Both the position numbers and the translations under genes were made by a program. A stretch of 64,000 nt of DNA from the human T2T-CHM13v2.0 reference genome, Homo sapiens: NCBI RefSeq assembly GCF_009914755.1, contig NC_060927.1. The stretch is one strand, 5' to 3'. How positions within the stretch are numbered: the first letter of the stretch is position 1; the number at the start of each line of letters is the position of its first letter. Shown piece by piece: positions 15,833-31,619 of this stretch. Under the pieces are notes generated by a model. It was not told the DNA's origin. It saw only the letters and a program-made list of their open reading frames with translations, and did no database searches.

Positions 15833-18800
15833 CCCTTTGCGTTCTCTTTCCCTCTCCCAACATGGCTGCCTCAGCGAAAAAGAAGAATAAGAAGGGGAAG
15901 ACTATCTCCCTAACAGACTTTCTGGCTGAGGATGGCGGACTGGTGGAGGAAGTAGCTATGTATCCAAACCAGTCAGCTGGGTTGATGAAACGGATGACCT
16001 GAAGGAGATGTTTCAGCTTGGCACAGTAACGATGACGATGTGTATAGGGCGCCCCCAGTTGACCGTTCCATCCTTCCCACTGCTCCACGGGCTGCTAGGG
16101 AACCCATTATCGACCGGAGCGGTCTTCCCAAATCGCCACCCTACACTGCTTTTCTAGGGAACCTACCCTATGACGTGACAGAAGAGTCAATTAAGGAATT
16201 ATTTAGAGGATTAAATATCAGTGCAGTGTGTTTACCACGTGAACCCAGCAATCCAGAGAGGTTGAAAGGTTTTGGTTATGCTGAATTTGACGACCTGGAT
16301 TCCCTGTTCAGTGCCCTGAGTCTCAATAAAGAATCTCTAGGTAACAGGAGAATTCGAGTGGACGTTGCTGACCGAGCACAGGATAAAGACAGGGACGATC
16401 GTTCTTTTGGCCATGAGAGAAATCGGGATTTTGACAAAACAAATACAGACTGGAGGGCTCGTCCTGTCACAGACAGCTTGGATGACTACTCGCCTAGAAG
16501 AGGTGATGATTGCTTTGGAGACAAGTATCAAGATCGTTATGATTCAGACCGGTATCGCGGTGGGTATCGGGAGGGGTATCAGGATGGCCCACGCTGGGAT
16601 ATGGATCGATATGGCGGCCAGGATTGCTATGATGACCCAGGCAGCAGACACTATGATAGAGGCTATGATTCCCAGATAGGCAATGGCAGAAGAGCATTTG
16701 GTAGTGGGTACCGCAGGGATAATGACTACAGAGGAGGCAGGGACCGCTCTGAAGACCGATACAACAGACGGGATGATCGGTCGTGGAGCTCCAGAGATGA
16801 TTACACTTGGGATGATTATAGGTGTGATGATAGAGGTCCCCGCAAAGACCCAAACTGAATCTAAAGCTTTGGAGTACTCCCAAGGAAGATGATTCCTCTG
16901 CTAGTACCTCCCAGTCCAGTCGAGCTGCTTCTATCTTTGGAGGGGCAAAGCCGGTTGACACAGCTGGTAGAGAAAGAGAAGTAGAAGAAATGCTACAGAA
17001 CAAGAGAAGTTGCAGCGTCAGCTGGATGAGCCATAACTAGAACGACGGCCTCGGGAGAGACACCCAAGCTGGCAAAGTGAAGAAACTCAAGAATGGAACG
17101 GTCGCGGACAGGAAGTGAGTCATCGCAGACTGAGACCTCCGCCATACCCAGCAGAAATGCACGAAGGAGAGAGAGTGAGAAGTCTCTAGAAAATGAAACA
17201 CTCAATAAGGAGGAAGATTGTCACTCTCCAACTTCTAAACGTCTCAAACCTGATCCTACCAGACCCAAAGGTAATGCCAGCCCCTCCACCAAAGGAGAAT
17301 GCTTCGGTGAAGTGAAGTTCTAACGCTCCTGCTCCATCTCAGAGCTCAGACACAGAGCAGCAATCCCCTACAAGTGGTGGGGGAAAAGTAGCTCCAGCTC
17401 GATCATCTGAGGAAGGACCAGCAAAGAAAGATGAAAATAAAGTGGATGGGATGAAAGTCCCAAAAGGTCAAACTGGGAACTCTAGCTGTGGTCCAGGAGA
17501 TGGAGGGAACAAAGACCACTGAAAGGAGTCAGATAGGAAAGATGGCAAAAAGGATCAAGACTCCAGATCTGCACCTGAGCCAAAGAAACCTGAGGAAAAT
17601 CCAGCTTCCAAGTTCAGTTCTGCAAGCAAGTATGCTGCTGTCTCCGTTTCTGGTGAAGATGAAAACAAGGGAGAAGATTATGCCGAGTGGACCTAGACAT
17701 CCTGTGCTTTCTCCTAGTTTCTCTCCACCCTGGAACGTTCGAGAGCAAATCAAACTTCTATCCAGACAAGACAAAATAAAACTCACCATCTCCTGGAGAC
17801 TTTTCTTACCTTTCTTTTTTTTTTTTTTAAGTGAAATTCTTTTGCATGCTGCTGCAGCCTTTAGAGTATTGAAGTAACTGGAGAATCGCCAATATAGCCA
17901 GAGAGAAAGAGACTACAGCTTTTTAGTGGAAAAGTTGTGGTGCGTTTTGTCACCATGCAGTTGCCAGAGTGATTAATACCTAGGAGCCTCCATTTAGTGG
18001 AAATGGTAATGACAGTGAGATAAGGTCTGGAATCTGGTTGGACAGTAGGGGAAGGAAGTATAAGGAAAAGTGTGAGATTTCTACTTTTTATTTTTTACCC
18101 TATTGTGGCATATATGAATTCTCAAACATCTAAATAAATTTTTCACTCTTGGAAAGGTAGATTTAGCCTCAAGTTGTTTTAGTCTTCAGGAGGCTCCCAG
18201 CCCCTCCTGTTATTTAATTCTGAGTTTTAGGGGCCAGCCTAGAGGGAATTCTTTCATTCTTTTTTTTTTTTTTTTTTACCCTCCAAGGGGGTAGTTCGGG
18301 GTGAGTCTATAGGCCATAAAGAATAGGACTGCATTGGACCAAGATAAATGGGAAAATTGTGGTTTGAAAAGAAGCTTTTGGGAGGTAATGAGTCATTTTG
18401 TATCAGGTAATAGGGGAAAATTGTGCGACCTCCAGCAAACACAAGAATGGTTATTTCCCGGAGCCAGAAGCACTTGGGGGTCATGATAATTCCCAATGTT
18501 TGTGTGTCCTGGTTTTACCCTTTTTAAACACTGTCCTTTTTGAAAGTTCGAATATATCCACATTCTGTTGAAACCTTGAAACTTTAAAAATTTAGACTCT
18601 TGTCGTCATCTTAAGCTCTTCATGCTACTCTTAACCTCCCAAAAAGCAGTCTCTAAGTCACATAGATGATCTCTTGGGCATTTTCTCTCAGCCATGGAGA
18701 GGAGTGAAAGGCAGAATCGCTGCTTTTCTCAAGCAAATCGGTTTCTTGATGTCTTTTGGTTCTCACTCGTTGCCTACTCCTAATGGTTTGACCCCTTTTA

Positions 18801-19668
18801 TAGATCAGGGTGCTCTAGGGTAATGGATGGTCTTGGGTGGTGAATAAAGGTGGATAAATAGGGACAGGGACAGTTAAATTGGGAGCCTTTCTCACAACCT
18901 CGATGGTTTTTTCCCCCCAAGTTTCCTTCTCCACTGAAATGACACACCAATGGTTGTTGGATTTATGAGGTGGCCAGACCAATGGGTTGTTTTTTCTTTT
19001 TCTTTTCTTTTTTTTAAGTCTCCCTTGAGAGAATAAATGGTAATGGAGAGAACTATTTAACAAGGTCCTGGTTTCTCTTGCAACACAGTAGCTAAACTTG
19101 CCTGCTTTTATGTGCATTTTTGTAGGGATCAGCTTGGTAGACAGTATTAGCAGAGAAATGACACCTTGATCTTGGTTTGCAAGCACTTCTCCTGTCAGTC
19201 CTAGATTAGGCCCTGCTCAGCCATGCAGGGGTGTTGGTTTATGCGTGCTGCAGCAGTGGGCATAATGAATATAATTTGCCCAGTGAACAAAAGTGTGTAC
19301 CAAATGAATTTAAATAATTAGGGTGGACTGGCTAGTAGCTAAGAAGTAGGCTTTTAAAGAGAGATTGAAAGCTTTTTTTTAAGAAAAAAAAAACATTGAT
19401 TGTAGATAATGAGAAGCTAGGGTTTGCCCTCTTCATGTCTACTCTCCCTCCAAATAGATACCAAACTGTTTTTCCCTCTCCCCTACCTTGCCCCCCTGTT
19501 AAAATAGAAATGGGGATTGATTAATGTCCCTCTCCTAAATACATGTAAAATTTGAAAATGATTTATAATCTATAGACTTATTATGTGGGAGATGTCCTGA
19601 GATGTAAAATCCCATCCTTTGGGTTGTGAGTTTTTTGTTTCCTCCAAAAAAATCTGATCTTAAAAAAA
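15833..19668 (+). pseudogene. EIF4BP8: EIF4B processed pseudogene (probably EIF4BP8), full-length mRNA copy
   Basis: Intronless. Pyrimidine-rich leader, then ATG at 15862 MAASAKKKNKKGKTISLTDFLAEDG; RRM (AFLGNLPYDV, KGFGYAEF); DRYG region; C-terminus GEDYAE at about 17687; about 2 kb of 3'UTR-like sequence. Multiple frameshifts and stops. The EIF4B identity is firm; the P8 number is recalled from its position next to PARP14. Confidence 0.9.
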
Positions 19669-19850
19669 TAGATTTTTTAAAAACTTTAATATTGCTATGA
19701 TGAGATTGTCTTTGTAGGACACTGAATTGGCTTATAAAAATACAGTTTTTTGCTGCCTTCCTAAACTGCACAGATGGACAGATGACTGTGTTTCTGTTTA
19801 GTTATAGGGACTTTGTTGAATCTATATTCTGATAGAAAGATAAAAGGCCA

Positions 19851-20277
<427 letters not shown>

Positions 20278-20289
20278 CTATGGCTGCAT

Positions 20290-20976
20290 ATGGGTGAATA
20301 TGAATCAAAATTAAAAATCTAATTCTCTCAGGTGCACAAGAGGAAACTCTCCTCCCATTTTTATTTTTGAAAATTTGTAATTGTTAATTTTCTTTCTGCC
20401 TTTTTGAGATGTATAAAAATCTCTTTTGAAGGCATTTTTTTTTTAAAGCCTCTTGCCAGTTTTACAACCCAGGAGTGTTTTCTCAAGGACCTGGGAGCCA
20501 TCTCTTTGAAATGTAATCATCAAGGAGGATGGTGCCCCATCTCCCGGTTTCCACGGGAGGGCAGGAGCCTGACTTCAGCTGGCATCTGGCTCCAAATCAT
20601 AACTACCTACTTGTCATAGAACTATGAGAAATTTTATTATTTCTTTGGATAAAGACAATTAGCTAACACAGATGGCCATCCCAATTACTGGGTGGTTTAG
20701 GATGACCTATGTGTGACAAATGGTATTGTCAAATCCTCTTACTTGAGGGCTAGTTATCAACTGAGAACATGTGTGTAATGGGGTGTATCTACTGGACTAC
20801 GTAAAAAGGTGAGATTTCTTTCTATCTTTGAAATCTTTTTAGTGGATTACCTGTGATAAGCATCACATTCTGGTTTAATGCTTATTCAATAATATACTAT
20901 TTTCTTTCTCTTCTGCCTTGTGTAGAGGTTTTCCGGGTCAGCAGGAGATTTGGCTTTTAATTATATTTCCCTAACA
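20290..20976 (+). mobile_element. ERV1-class solo LTR (MER34/MER39-like) splitting a MER58-like DNA transposon
   Basis: Motif ctcaaggacctgggagccatctctttgaaatgtaatcatcaagga and terminal ...ccctaaca; flanks (acagccatactcacttgtttatg at about 20250 and gagtagttgcaacagagaccatatggcc at about 21005) are two halves of MER58. Confidence 0.55.
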
Positions 20977-22129
20977 GCTGCTTCTGGTCTTGGATGGCAG
21001 AATTGAGTAGTTGCAACAGAGACCATATGGCCTACATAACCTAAACTATTTACTCTCTCGCTCTTTAAGGGAAAAGTTTGCGGTCAAACCTGGGCTAGGT
21101 AACTAGATGTGTATGCAAGATACTTAAAGAAAGTTAAATTATTTAGTATAATAAAGTGAGGGATTTTGAGTTTGTATAGGTGGCTTAAAGAGAAGCAGTA
21201 GGGGCCTGGGAACATGGGGAAGGGGGTGATCAGAAGAGGTGGATCTTAGGGCAAGGCATTGCAAACCCAAATGTCTAGAGGGGCTGGGATGCCAATGAGC
21301 AAAGTGAGCCAAATGGAAATTTTACTGAACTGGAGCCAGGACCCTTGGTTGCAGCTGATGGCAAACCATCTGTTTTTTTGTTTGTTTGTTTTTCCCCAAA
21401 TAAGCTGTAAATCTGAGGTTTTATATGAAGACTCACTTTTAAAATGTTAGCATCTAATTTGAATTTTTCAAAAGCAGGTCTCAGGCAGGCTTCAGTTTGG
21501 TGGACACCAACTTGTGACTTCTGATCTCAAGCGAGGGAGTCGGAGAGGACCTTTCCATGTTAACTGTTAAATGGTTTGGGCAGGAATTGCCTGATAAATT
21601 AATTCCTAGAAATAGTTATGTGTGAACTTTGACCTGGGAGTTGATTTCTACATTGAGATGTAATTAATTTTCAGTAAGTATGTTAGTGATAATTTGGGGG
21701 TAAGAAATGGGGGTAGTATTTCTAGAGTAGAAGCAGTGTGAAAACAGGACCACAGAGGCAGGAGCCATGAAGCAGATTTAGTTGCGCACTTTCTCTGGAA
21801 AAATGTAGGCCCCTGAAAACAGATATTGCAGAGAGCTCTCGGCCTTTCCACAGCGCACTGAATGGGGATTTCGGACATTTTATTTAGATATCAAGTGAAA
21901 TACAATTCAAACAGGATAGAGAACTTAGGGACTTAGAATAATGATTGACATTTAGCAAGCCCTCAATAAATGTTAGCTCTTGTAATTAACTACTGTTTTC
22001 TAGAATATGTATGGAAACTCAGATCACTTGGCCAGGATGCAACACCTGCCAAAAAACAAAGGAAGCGCAATCACTTTTCAAATCCAAAGGAAAAGACTTG
22101 GAGTATATGTGGTTTAAAAAATGTCTGCA

Positions 22130-22386
22130 CTGAAGCAGGAGGATCACTTGAGCCCTGGAGTTCAAGACCAGCCTAGGCAACACAGCAAGACTCCATCTTT
22201 ATAAAAAAAATTTAAAAATTAACCAAGTGTGCTGGCATGTGCCTATAGTCTCAGCTACTCAGGGCTGAGATGGGAGGATTACTTGAGCACAGGAGGTAGT
22301 GGCTGCAGTGAGCCATGATTGAGTCACTGCACTCCAGCCTGGGCAAGAAAGTGAGACCCTGTCTCAAAAAAATAAAAAATGAAAAG
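22130..22386 (+). mobile_element. 5'-truncated AluJ
   Basis: Alu sequence begins mid left arm; TSD aaaaatgtctgca at 22117-22129 and 22387-22399. Confidence 0.92.
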
Positions 22387-22403
22387 AAAAATGTCTGCAA
22401 ATT

Positions 22404-24386
<1,983 letters not shown>

Positions 24387-24404
24387 AAATGTCTGCAAAT
24401 TCTT

Positions 24405-25115
24405 AAACACCCCTCCAGTGAGGATGTGGAATCTGTTTCTCTTCTACCTGACTATGAACTTGACTTAGTGACTCACTTCATTTTTTAGAGATGGGGTCTC
24501 TCTCTCGAGTGCAGTGGTGCCATCATAGCTCACTGCAGCCTTGAACTCCTGGCCTCAAGTGATCCTCCTGCCTCAGCCTGTTAAGTAGCTAGGACTACAG
24601 GTGCACACCACCATGCTCAGTTAATTTTTAAAAAATGTTTTTTGTTAGGCAGGGTCTAGCTATGTTGTTCAGGCTATGACTCACTTCTAATCAATAGAAT
24701 GCTTGAGAAGTGAAACTATAACTTCTAAGGGCCAAGTCATAAAAAGTAATAGAGCTTTCGACTCTCTCTTGCTCTCTCTCAACATGCCTTAGGAGCTGAG
24801 TCACCAAGTTGAAAGTTCACCTACTCTGAAGCCACCATGCTGGAGAAACCATGTGGTGAGCCCACATATTGATAGAGATACCAGAGGAGCTCCAGAGGGT
24901 CCAGCCCCCAGTTTTTTGAGTTATCCTAGGCTGGGTACCAGATGTGTGAGTAAGTAGGCTTCGAGATGCCTCCAGCCTCAGCCACAGTCTGATTACAATT
25001 TTCTCAATTCTTGAGAAAGAATTGTCTAGTTTAGCCCAGTCTACCCCCAGAATCTTGAGGGATAATACCACTAAATTTGGGGGAGGATTGTTAAGCAGGA
25101 AAAGATAACTGGAAT
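24405..25115 (+). mobile_element. Old MLT1-type LTR interrupted by an Alu fragment (about 24480-24676, minus strand)
   Basis: MLT1 motifs gacttagtgactcacttc, gccaccatgctggagaaaccatgtgg and gataactggaat; gactcacttc is repeated around the Alu fragment. Confidence 0.6.
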
Positions 25116-25664
25116 AATGTTCTCACCTCCTGCTGTATATGAAAAAAATTGTTTTAAGTTAGCTACATTGCCTACTATAAAAAGGGAGTCATTTATACTG
25201 AAATTTCTTTCATATTCATGCCTTTAAATGACTAAGAGATTATGGGATTTAGGGAAGAAGTTGATACGTAGGATAGGGATTTAATTTATTTTAATTCAGG
25301 CTTATGACCGATTTTTAGAAACAGAAAAGATCTTCCAAATCTCTTCCTCAGAGCAAATTTTTTTTGTATGTAAGGGCTTTGAGATATCTACTACTTGATT
25401 GTACGTGGAATAGCTCATAAGATTGCACTTTTTGGCGGATGATAGATGCAACGTCCAAATACTCTGAATTTGAGGCTGCAAGGAGGAAGGACGCTACTGC
25501 TTTCTTCAAGGTGTTCATGGTTAGGCTGTGGAAAACACATGGATTGAGCAGATGGCACTTATTCCCAGCCACTGACCAGCCTTCCGTTCAGTGGCATTAA
25601 AAGATGCTTTAAAATGTCAGCCTTTCCCAGGGAATGTTTATTCCGTTTATGTTTATTCATAAAC

Positions 25665-26050
25665 ATAATGTTTATTATGTATATTATTTATATATAATAT
25701 ATATTACATATAACATAATAATATATATTATATATAATATATATTACATATAACATAATAATATATATTATATATAATATATATTACATATAACATAATA
25801 ATATATATTATATATAATATATATTACATATAACATAATAATATATATTATTTATATATAATATATATTACATATAACATAATAATATATATTATTTATA
25901 TATAATATATATTACATATAACATAATATATATTATTTATATATAATATATATTACATATAACATAATATATATTATTTATAAATAATATATATTACATA
26001 TAACATAATAATATATATTATTTATATATTGTTTATATATAACATTATGT
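25665..26050. repeat. AT-rich minisatellite, about 40-44-bp unit
   Basis: Unit tatataatatatattacatataacataataatatatatta is repeated exactly four times at 25691-25850, then about four variant copies with small indels. Confidence 0.95.
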
Positions 26051-26574
26051 TCAAGTTGGGTTAGTTCCAGGAATGCCTGAGCAATGTGAGGAGGGTGGCT
26101 GCATGGGGATATGGTGGTAGCAACAGGAGATTGGTATGTAACCAACACAGGATATTGCACAGTTATATCGAATCCAACACAGTTATGTAGAAGGGATTGA
26201 CCCAATAAGTAAATATATTGGGGATAATGGAAGGCAGATTTCTCACTATTGGAGAAAGGAGTTACAAATATGCAAAGGAAAAAAACCAGAATGAACTTTG
26301 TAGTGTTGGCTTGGAACTGGAGGTATCAGTATAAACTCATCATTTTGTAAGTATATAGATATATAGATATAAAGACAGAGAGAAATAAAAAATGCACTTG
26401 TGTGTGTACACATGTATTCCCTAGCACTGTCCACTGAGAAAGCCTGAGACAGTAACACTTTAAAATCGATGAACACAGCACTAATTGGAATAATGAGTGA
26501 TTCCAGGCTCAAGTTAGGGAAGTAATGAAACTTTATTTACATAAACAAGTAGTATGCTGGATTTGGCCAGCATG

Positions 26575-26579
26575 ATACA

Positions 26580-26636
<57 letters not shown>
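26575..26636. repeat. (CA)n microsatellite
   Basis: Direct reading. Confidence 0.97.
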
Positions 26637-27004
26637 CTTGTTCTTTTTTATGGCTGCATAGTATTCTATGGTGTATATGTACCATATTTTCCTTATCCAA
26701 TCTGTCATTGATGGACATGTAGGTTAATTCCATATCTTTGCTATTGTGAATAGTGCTGCAATGAACATATACGTGCATGTGTCTTTATGGTAGAATGATT
26801 TCTATTCCTTTGGGGATATACCCCAATAATGGGATTCCTGGGTTAAATGGTAGTTCTGTTGACTCTTTGAGTAATCACCACACTGCTTTCCATAATGGTT
26901 GAACTAATTTACATTCCCACCAGTAGTGTATAAGTGTTCCCTTTTCTCCGTAACCTCTCCAGTATCTGTTATTTTTTTACTTCTTAATAGCCATTCTGAC
27001 TGGC
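26637..27004 (-). mobile_element. Older primate L1 3' fragment inserted in L1M relics
   Basis: Reverse-complement of the ORF2 C-terminal region ([21 protein letters not shown]). Confidence 0.85.
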
Positions 27005-28565
27005 AGCATGCCATATTTTGCGATGTCCTATTCCAACATACTCAGGGTGATGGGGTATTATGTCAGCTATTTACTTTCAAATTGTTCAGGAAATAAAAAA
27101 TTCTCTATACTAGTCTTGCAACTTTTCTGTGAGGTCAAAATTATTTCAAAATAAAAATTATTAAAATTAAAGACATTTTCAGACCAATAGATTGAGAAAG
27201 CTCATCATTCATGAGCTCTTACAGAAAGAACTGCAAATAATAAGTATCTACTTTAGGAAAAAGAAGATTGAATGAGGAAGAAAAAAGAGTGCTTTAGAAC
27301 AAAATAATTGTTAATTGTTAAACATATTGCTAAATAAATATTGACTAATTCTGAAAAGACTAATTTTGGAGTGTTAAAAAACAGTTAACAACAGCAAAAG
27401 GATAGCAAAATAGGGGGCAAGTTTTTCTCAGGTCTTTGTGTCTTTTGAGATGTATTGACTAGCTTTATACTTTGTTTAGTCTAAACTCCGCAAAAGAATA
27501 GATACAGAAATTCAATCAAAATAGAGAAGGAAAAAGGGAATAAAGAAAAACTATCAATCTAATAAAAACTATAATCTAATATTTGATATCAATCTAATAA
27601 TATCAAACTATCAATCTAATCTAAGAAATGAAGAAAAATAAGCAAGGAAGAAGGTAGTTTATTTAAAAACCCACAAATAAAATAGTGGGAATAAGTCTAA
27701 CTATACCAGTCATTTATAATATCTAGAAATTTATGTTTGCCAATTAAAAGACAGATTGGATTTAAAATAATCCAGCCGTATTCTGTTAGCAAGAGACTTA
27801 CCTAAACTAAAGACATAGAAAATTTGACAGAAAAGGGATGAAAAAGTTTTTCAGGTGTATCAGAGAGAATGCTTTTGGCAATAGGCAACGGAATAACTAA
27901 CTAAAACAGGCTTAAATAACAGGGATGTATATTGACTCACTTCACAAGAAATTTTGAGGTAGGTGTTCTAAGGTTGGTTCTATAGCTCAATGGTGCCATC
28001 AAATATCCAGGCATTTTGTAGATTTCTGAGAGATTGGCCTTCAAAGTTACAAAATGGCTGGTCACATCCTACTTGATAACATTTTTTTTTAAAAAAAAGA
28101 AGGAGAAAAATGATTTCTTCTCACATGTCTCTATTTATGGAGGAAGAAAGTGTTTTCCAGGAGCAGACAATGGACTTCCCTTTATATTTCTGCCTAGAAC
28201 TGGCTCACATGGTCATCCCTAAACCAATCCCACTAGAAGGGAATTAGATTATTAAAACTGGCTTAGCCCAAGCATCAGTCAGGTGTGGGTCAAAAGAACA
28301 TCTATTTTAGCTAAACACTTTGCTACTTAGTATCTAAAAAAAATTGAAATTCCCCTAGCAAGGAAAAAAAGAGTATCTTAGAGTAAGTAATCAATCTACT
28401 CGAAGTATCTGCCCCACTTGGCAAGATCTAGTAAAGTGGTCATAGAAATGTTAATATAAGACAAAATGGACATTAGGGCAATGAGAATACAGCAGAAAGA
28501 ATGACACTCACTGATGACAAAAAGGAACAATTCACTGGGAAGATACAAAAATTTTGAAACTGGAG

Positions 28566-28700
28566 GCTGGGTGCGGTGGCTCATGCCTGTAATCTCAGCA
28601 TTTTGGGAGGCTGAGGTGGGAGGATCACTTGAGCCCAGACGTTCAAGACATGCCTGGGCAACATAGCGAAACCCTGTCTCTTAAAAGAAAATATAAAAAT
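28566..28700 (+). mobile_element. Alu left monomer (FLAM)
   Basis: Single Alu arm plus A tail; flanks aaaattttgaaactg / aaaatcttgaaactg. Confidence 0.85.
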
Positions 28701-29607
28701 CTTGAAACTGTATAGCTTCAAATTAAGCAAAATCTGAGATTTTGCTTATCTGAAGATAAGCAGAAAGTGGCAATATTACAAGGAAAAATTAACAAATAAT
28801 CTACCAGGTATGAAAGTCTCTATTTTCCCATACAGTCACTACCAGAGCTTTGTTATTCAGGCCATATAAACATGATATGGCTAACTTGGCCTTGAGGTAG
28901 ACCTGGATTCAAACGTAAGAGTCAACAGTAATCTCTGCTATAGGTGGGAGAGGTGAGGCAAAGGCAAGGCCAATGAGAGATGCTGCTATGAGTTGTCAGC
29001 AGCCAATATTTCCAGCAGCTAGGGAATGGGCTTATAACTCTGAAGAAGGGATCCAAGCAGAGCATTGCAGTATGCACTATGAAAGTATAGCATAAGGTTG
29101 AACTCTATGGCAAGACAGCCTGGGTTTGTATCCTAGCTTGACCATTCTCTAGCTGTGTGGCCTTGGGCAAGATATTTAACCTTGATATTTTCTTGATAAC
29201 CAAGATATTTTCTGTGTCTTTAGTTAGGTACATCTCTTGTTAACCAGTTAGGTTAGGCACGTCTCTTGTTAACCAGTTTCCTCATAGTAAAGTGGAGATA
29301 ATATTAATTGTCTTATAAGTTTGTTGTGAGAATTAAATGAGTTACTATACTGTTTTATGAACTGTAGATCCTACTGTAATAATGGGTTGTAAAATCAATT
29401 TGTGAGTTTCAGTCTGTTTTTTTCCATGAAATATAATATAATCAATACTTTTATGATAAGATGTTCTATTGGCAAGCTATAGGGAAACAAGTACTCTCAT
29501 ACATTGCTGGTGGCAGTGTAAAATGGTACAGTTACTATTGTGGTAGACTGTTACAAAATGCTGCCCCCATGACTTCTATTTCCTGTATTCATACCCAGTG
29601 TAGTCTC

Positions 29608-29996
29608 TGTATTAGTCCATTCTCCCATTGCTATAAAGAAATACCTGAGACTGGGTAATTTACAAAGAAAAGTGGTTTAATTGGCTTACAATTCTGCCAG
29701 CTGTACAGGAAGCATGTCTGCAGAGGCCTCAGGAAACTTATAATCACGGTGGAAGGCAAAGGGGAAGCAAGCAGGCATGTCTTCACATGGCCAGAGCAGG
29801 AGGAAGAGAGAGAAGGGGGAAGTGCTACACACCTTTAAACGATCAGATCTCATGAAAACTCACTCACTGTCACAAAAACAGCAAAGGGGAAATCAGCCCC
29901 CATGATCCAATCACCTCCCACTAGGCCCTTCCTCCAATACTGGAGATTACAATTCGACATGAGATTTGGGCAGGGACACAAATCCAAACCGTATCA
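29608..29996 (-). mobile_element. MSTA/MSTB MaLR solo LTR nested in an MLT1 LTR (about 29539-30424)
   Basis: TG...CA ends, MST consensus motifs, perfect 5-bp TSD GTCTC at 29603-29607 and 29997-30001. Confidence 0.9.
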
Positions 29997-31251
29997 GTCT
30001 CCTTCCATGTGAATGAATATGAACTAGCCCTGTGACTTGCTTTTACCAATCAAATGGGGGAGGCAATGTTATGTGACCTCAAAGCCCATGCATTAAGAAG
30101 CCTTGCAATTTAAATTTTTGCTCACCGTGAAGCCAGGGCCACATAAAGTCTAGGCTATCCTGCCCGAGAGATCACATCAAAGGAAGGCTCTGTATTCTAA
30201 CCATCGTAGCTGAGGGGCCAGGTATGAGTGAGGCCATCTTAGATCTTCTAGACCAAATAGGAGCTGTATGAGCAAGCTTAACTGGCACCTCCAATAGCAG
30301 AGAGGAACCATCTTGGCTGATCCCTGCCCAGCCAACTCATAGAGTGTGATAAATATAAAATGGTTGTGTTTTAAGCCATTACATTTTGAGATGGTTTGTT
30401 ATCTAACCACAGATAACTGAAACACCTATGGAAAGAAATTTGCAATATATAAGGAAAGTGTATGTGCATTTACTCTTTAACCTGTCATTCCCACATCTAG
30501 GGATTTACATTGAAAATATACTCCCAACAAAACAAACAAATAACCAAACAAACATGTGCAAGGTTACTCAATGTGACATTATTTGTAATTGCAAAATATT
30601 AGAGATGCCCTAAATGCCATGCCTAGGAGATGAGTTAAATAAACTCTATATATCTATACTTCAGTGAACTGGGCAGCTGTAAAAAGTAATGAGGAAGATC
30701 TCTGTGATCTGATATGGAATAACTTACAGCATATATTAAATGTAAAATTCAAAGTATAACTGTGTGTATAGATACAGATATAAATTACTTATTTATAGCA
30801 TGTTACCTATTGCATGAAAAGAAGAAAAGGTCATACACAAAACACATATTTTTGCAAAAAGAAAACGGTGGAAGAATATTCCAGAAACTGATGATATGCT
30901 TACCTGGTTACTTACAGAGATAGTGGAGATGGAGTGAGAGGATTAGGGGACTTCTCTGAATATATATCTTTATATGGTTTTGATTTTTGAGTGTTAAAAT
31001 TTTATCATTTCCAAAAAGAAAGTCAACAAGGATGAGGAAAAGCCCTAAAATTGAATCCAAACAGAAATGATGACCCTGATTATGTGTCTTATAACAAAAC
31101 CATACTCAGGAAAAAAGTATTCCAAGTAACTTTTGAGCCTAGTACTCTTACTATACACCCTCAATAGTTTCTATTCAGTGGATAAAAAGAACTACAAGGA
31201 AATCTTTATTTAGTAGATTTGTTGTTGATAATGGTATTGGGTATTGGTGTT

Positions 31252-31619
31252 TGTCTTAGTCTATTCAGTTTTGCTATAACAAAGTACCATAGACTGGCTA
31301 GCTAATAAACAATAGAGATGTATTTCTCACAGTTCTGGAGTCTGGGAAGTCTAAGATCAAGGTGCCAGCAGATTTCATGTCTACAGAGGGCCCAAACTGC
31401 TGATTCACAGATGGCCATATTCTTGCCATGTCTTCCTATGGCAGAAGGCAGAGAGGAGCCCTCTGGGTTCTCTTTTATAAGGGCACTAATCTGACTTATG
31501 AGGGCACCACCCTTATGACCTAATCACTTCCCAAAGGCCTCAATTCCTAATGCCCATCACATTAGGAGTTAGGATTTAACATATGAATTTGGGGGGATAC
31601 AAGCATTCAGCTTATAACA
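31252..31619 (-). mobile_element. MLT1A/MSTD-like MaLR solo LTR
   Basis: tgtcttagtctattcag...gctataacaaagtaccatagactgg ... gggaagtctaagatcaaggtgccagcagatt ... attcagcttataaca. Confidence 0.8.

Noticed and set aside
16040-16858. Functional EIF4B paralogue gene
   Set aside because: GTG start only, authentic ATG frame terminates early, downstream frameshifts and stops, and many CpG-decay R-to-C/W/Q/H changes typical of neutral evolution.
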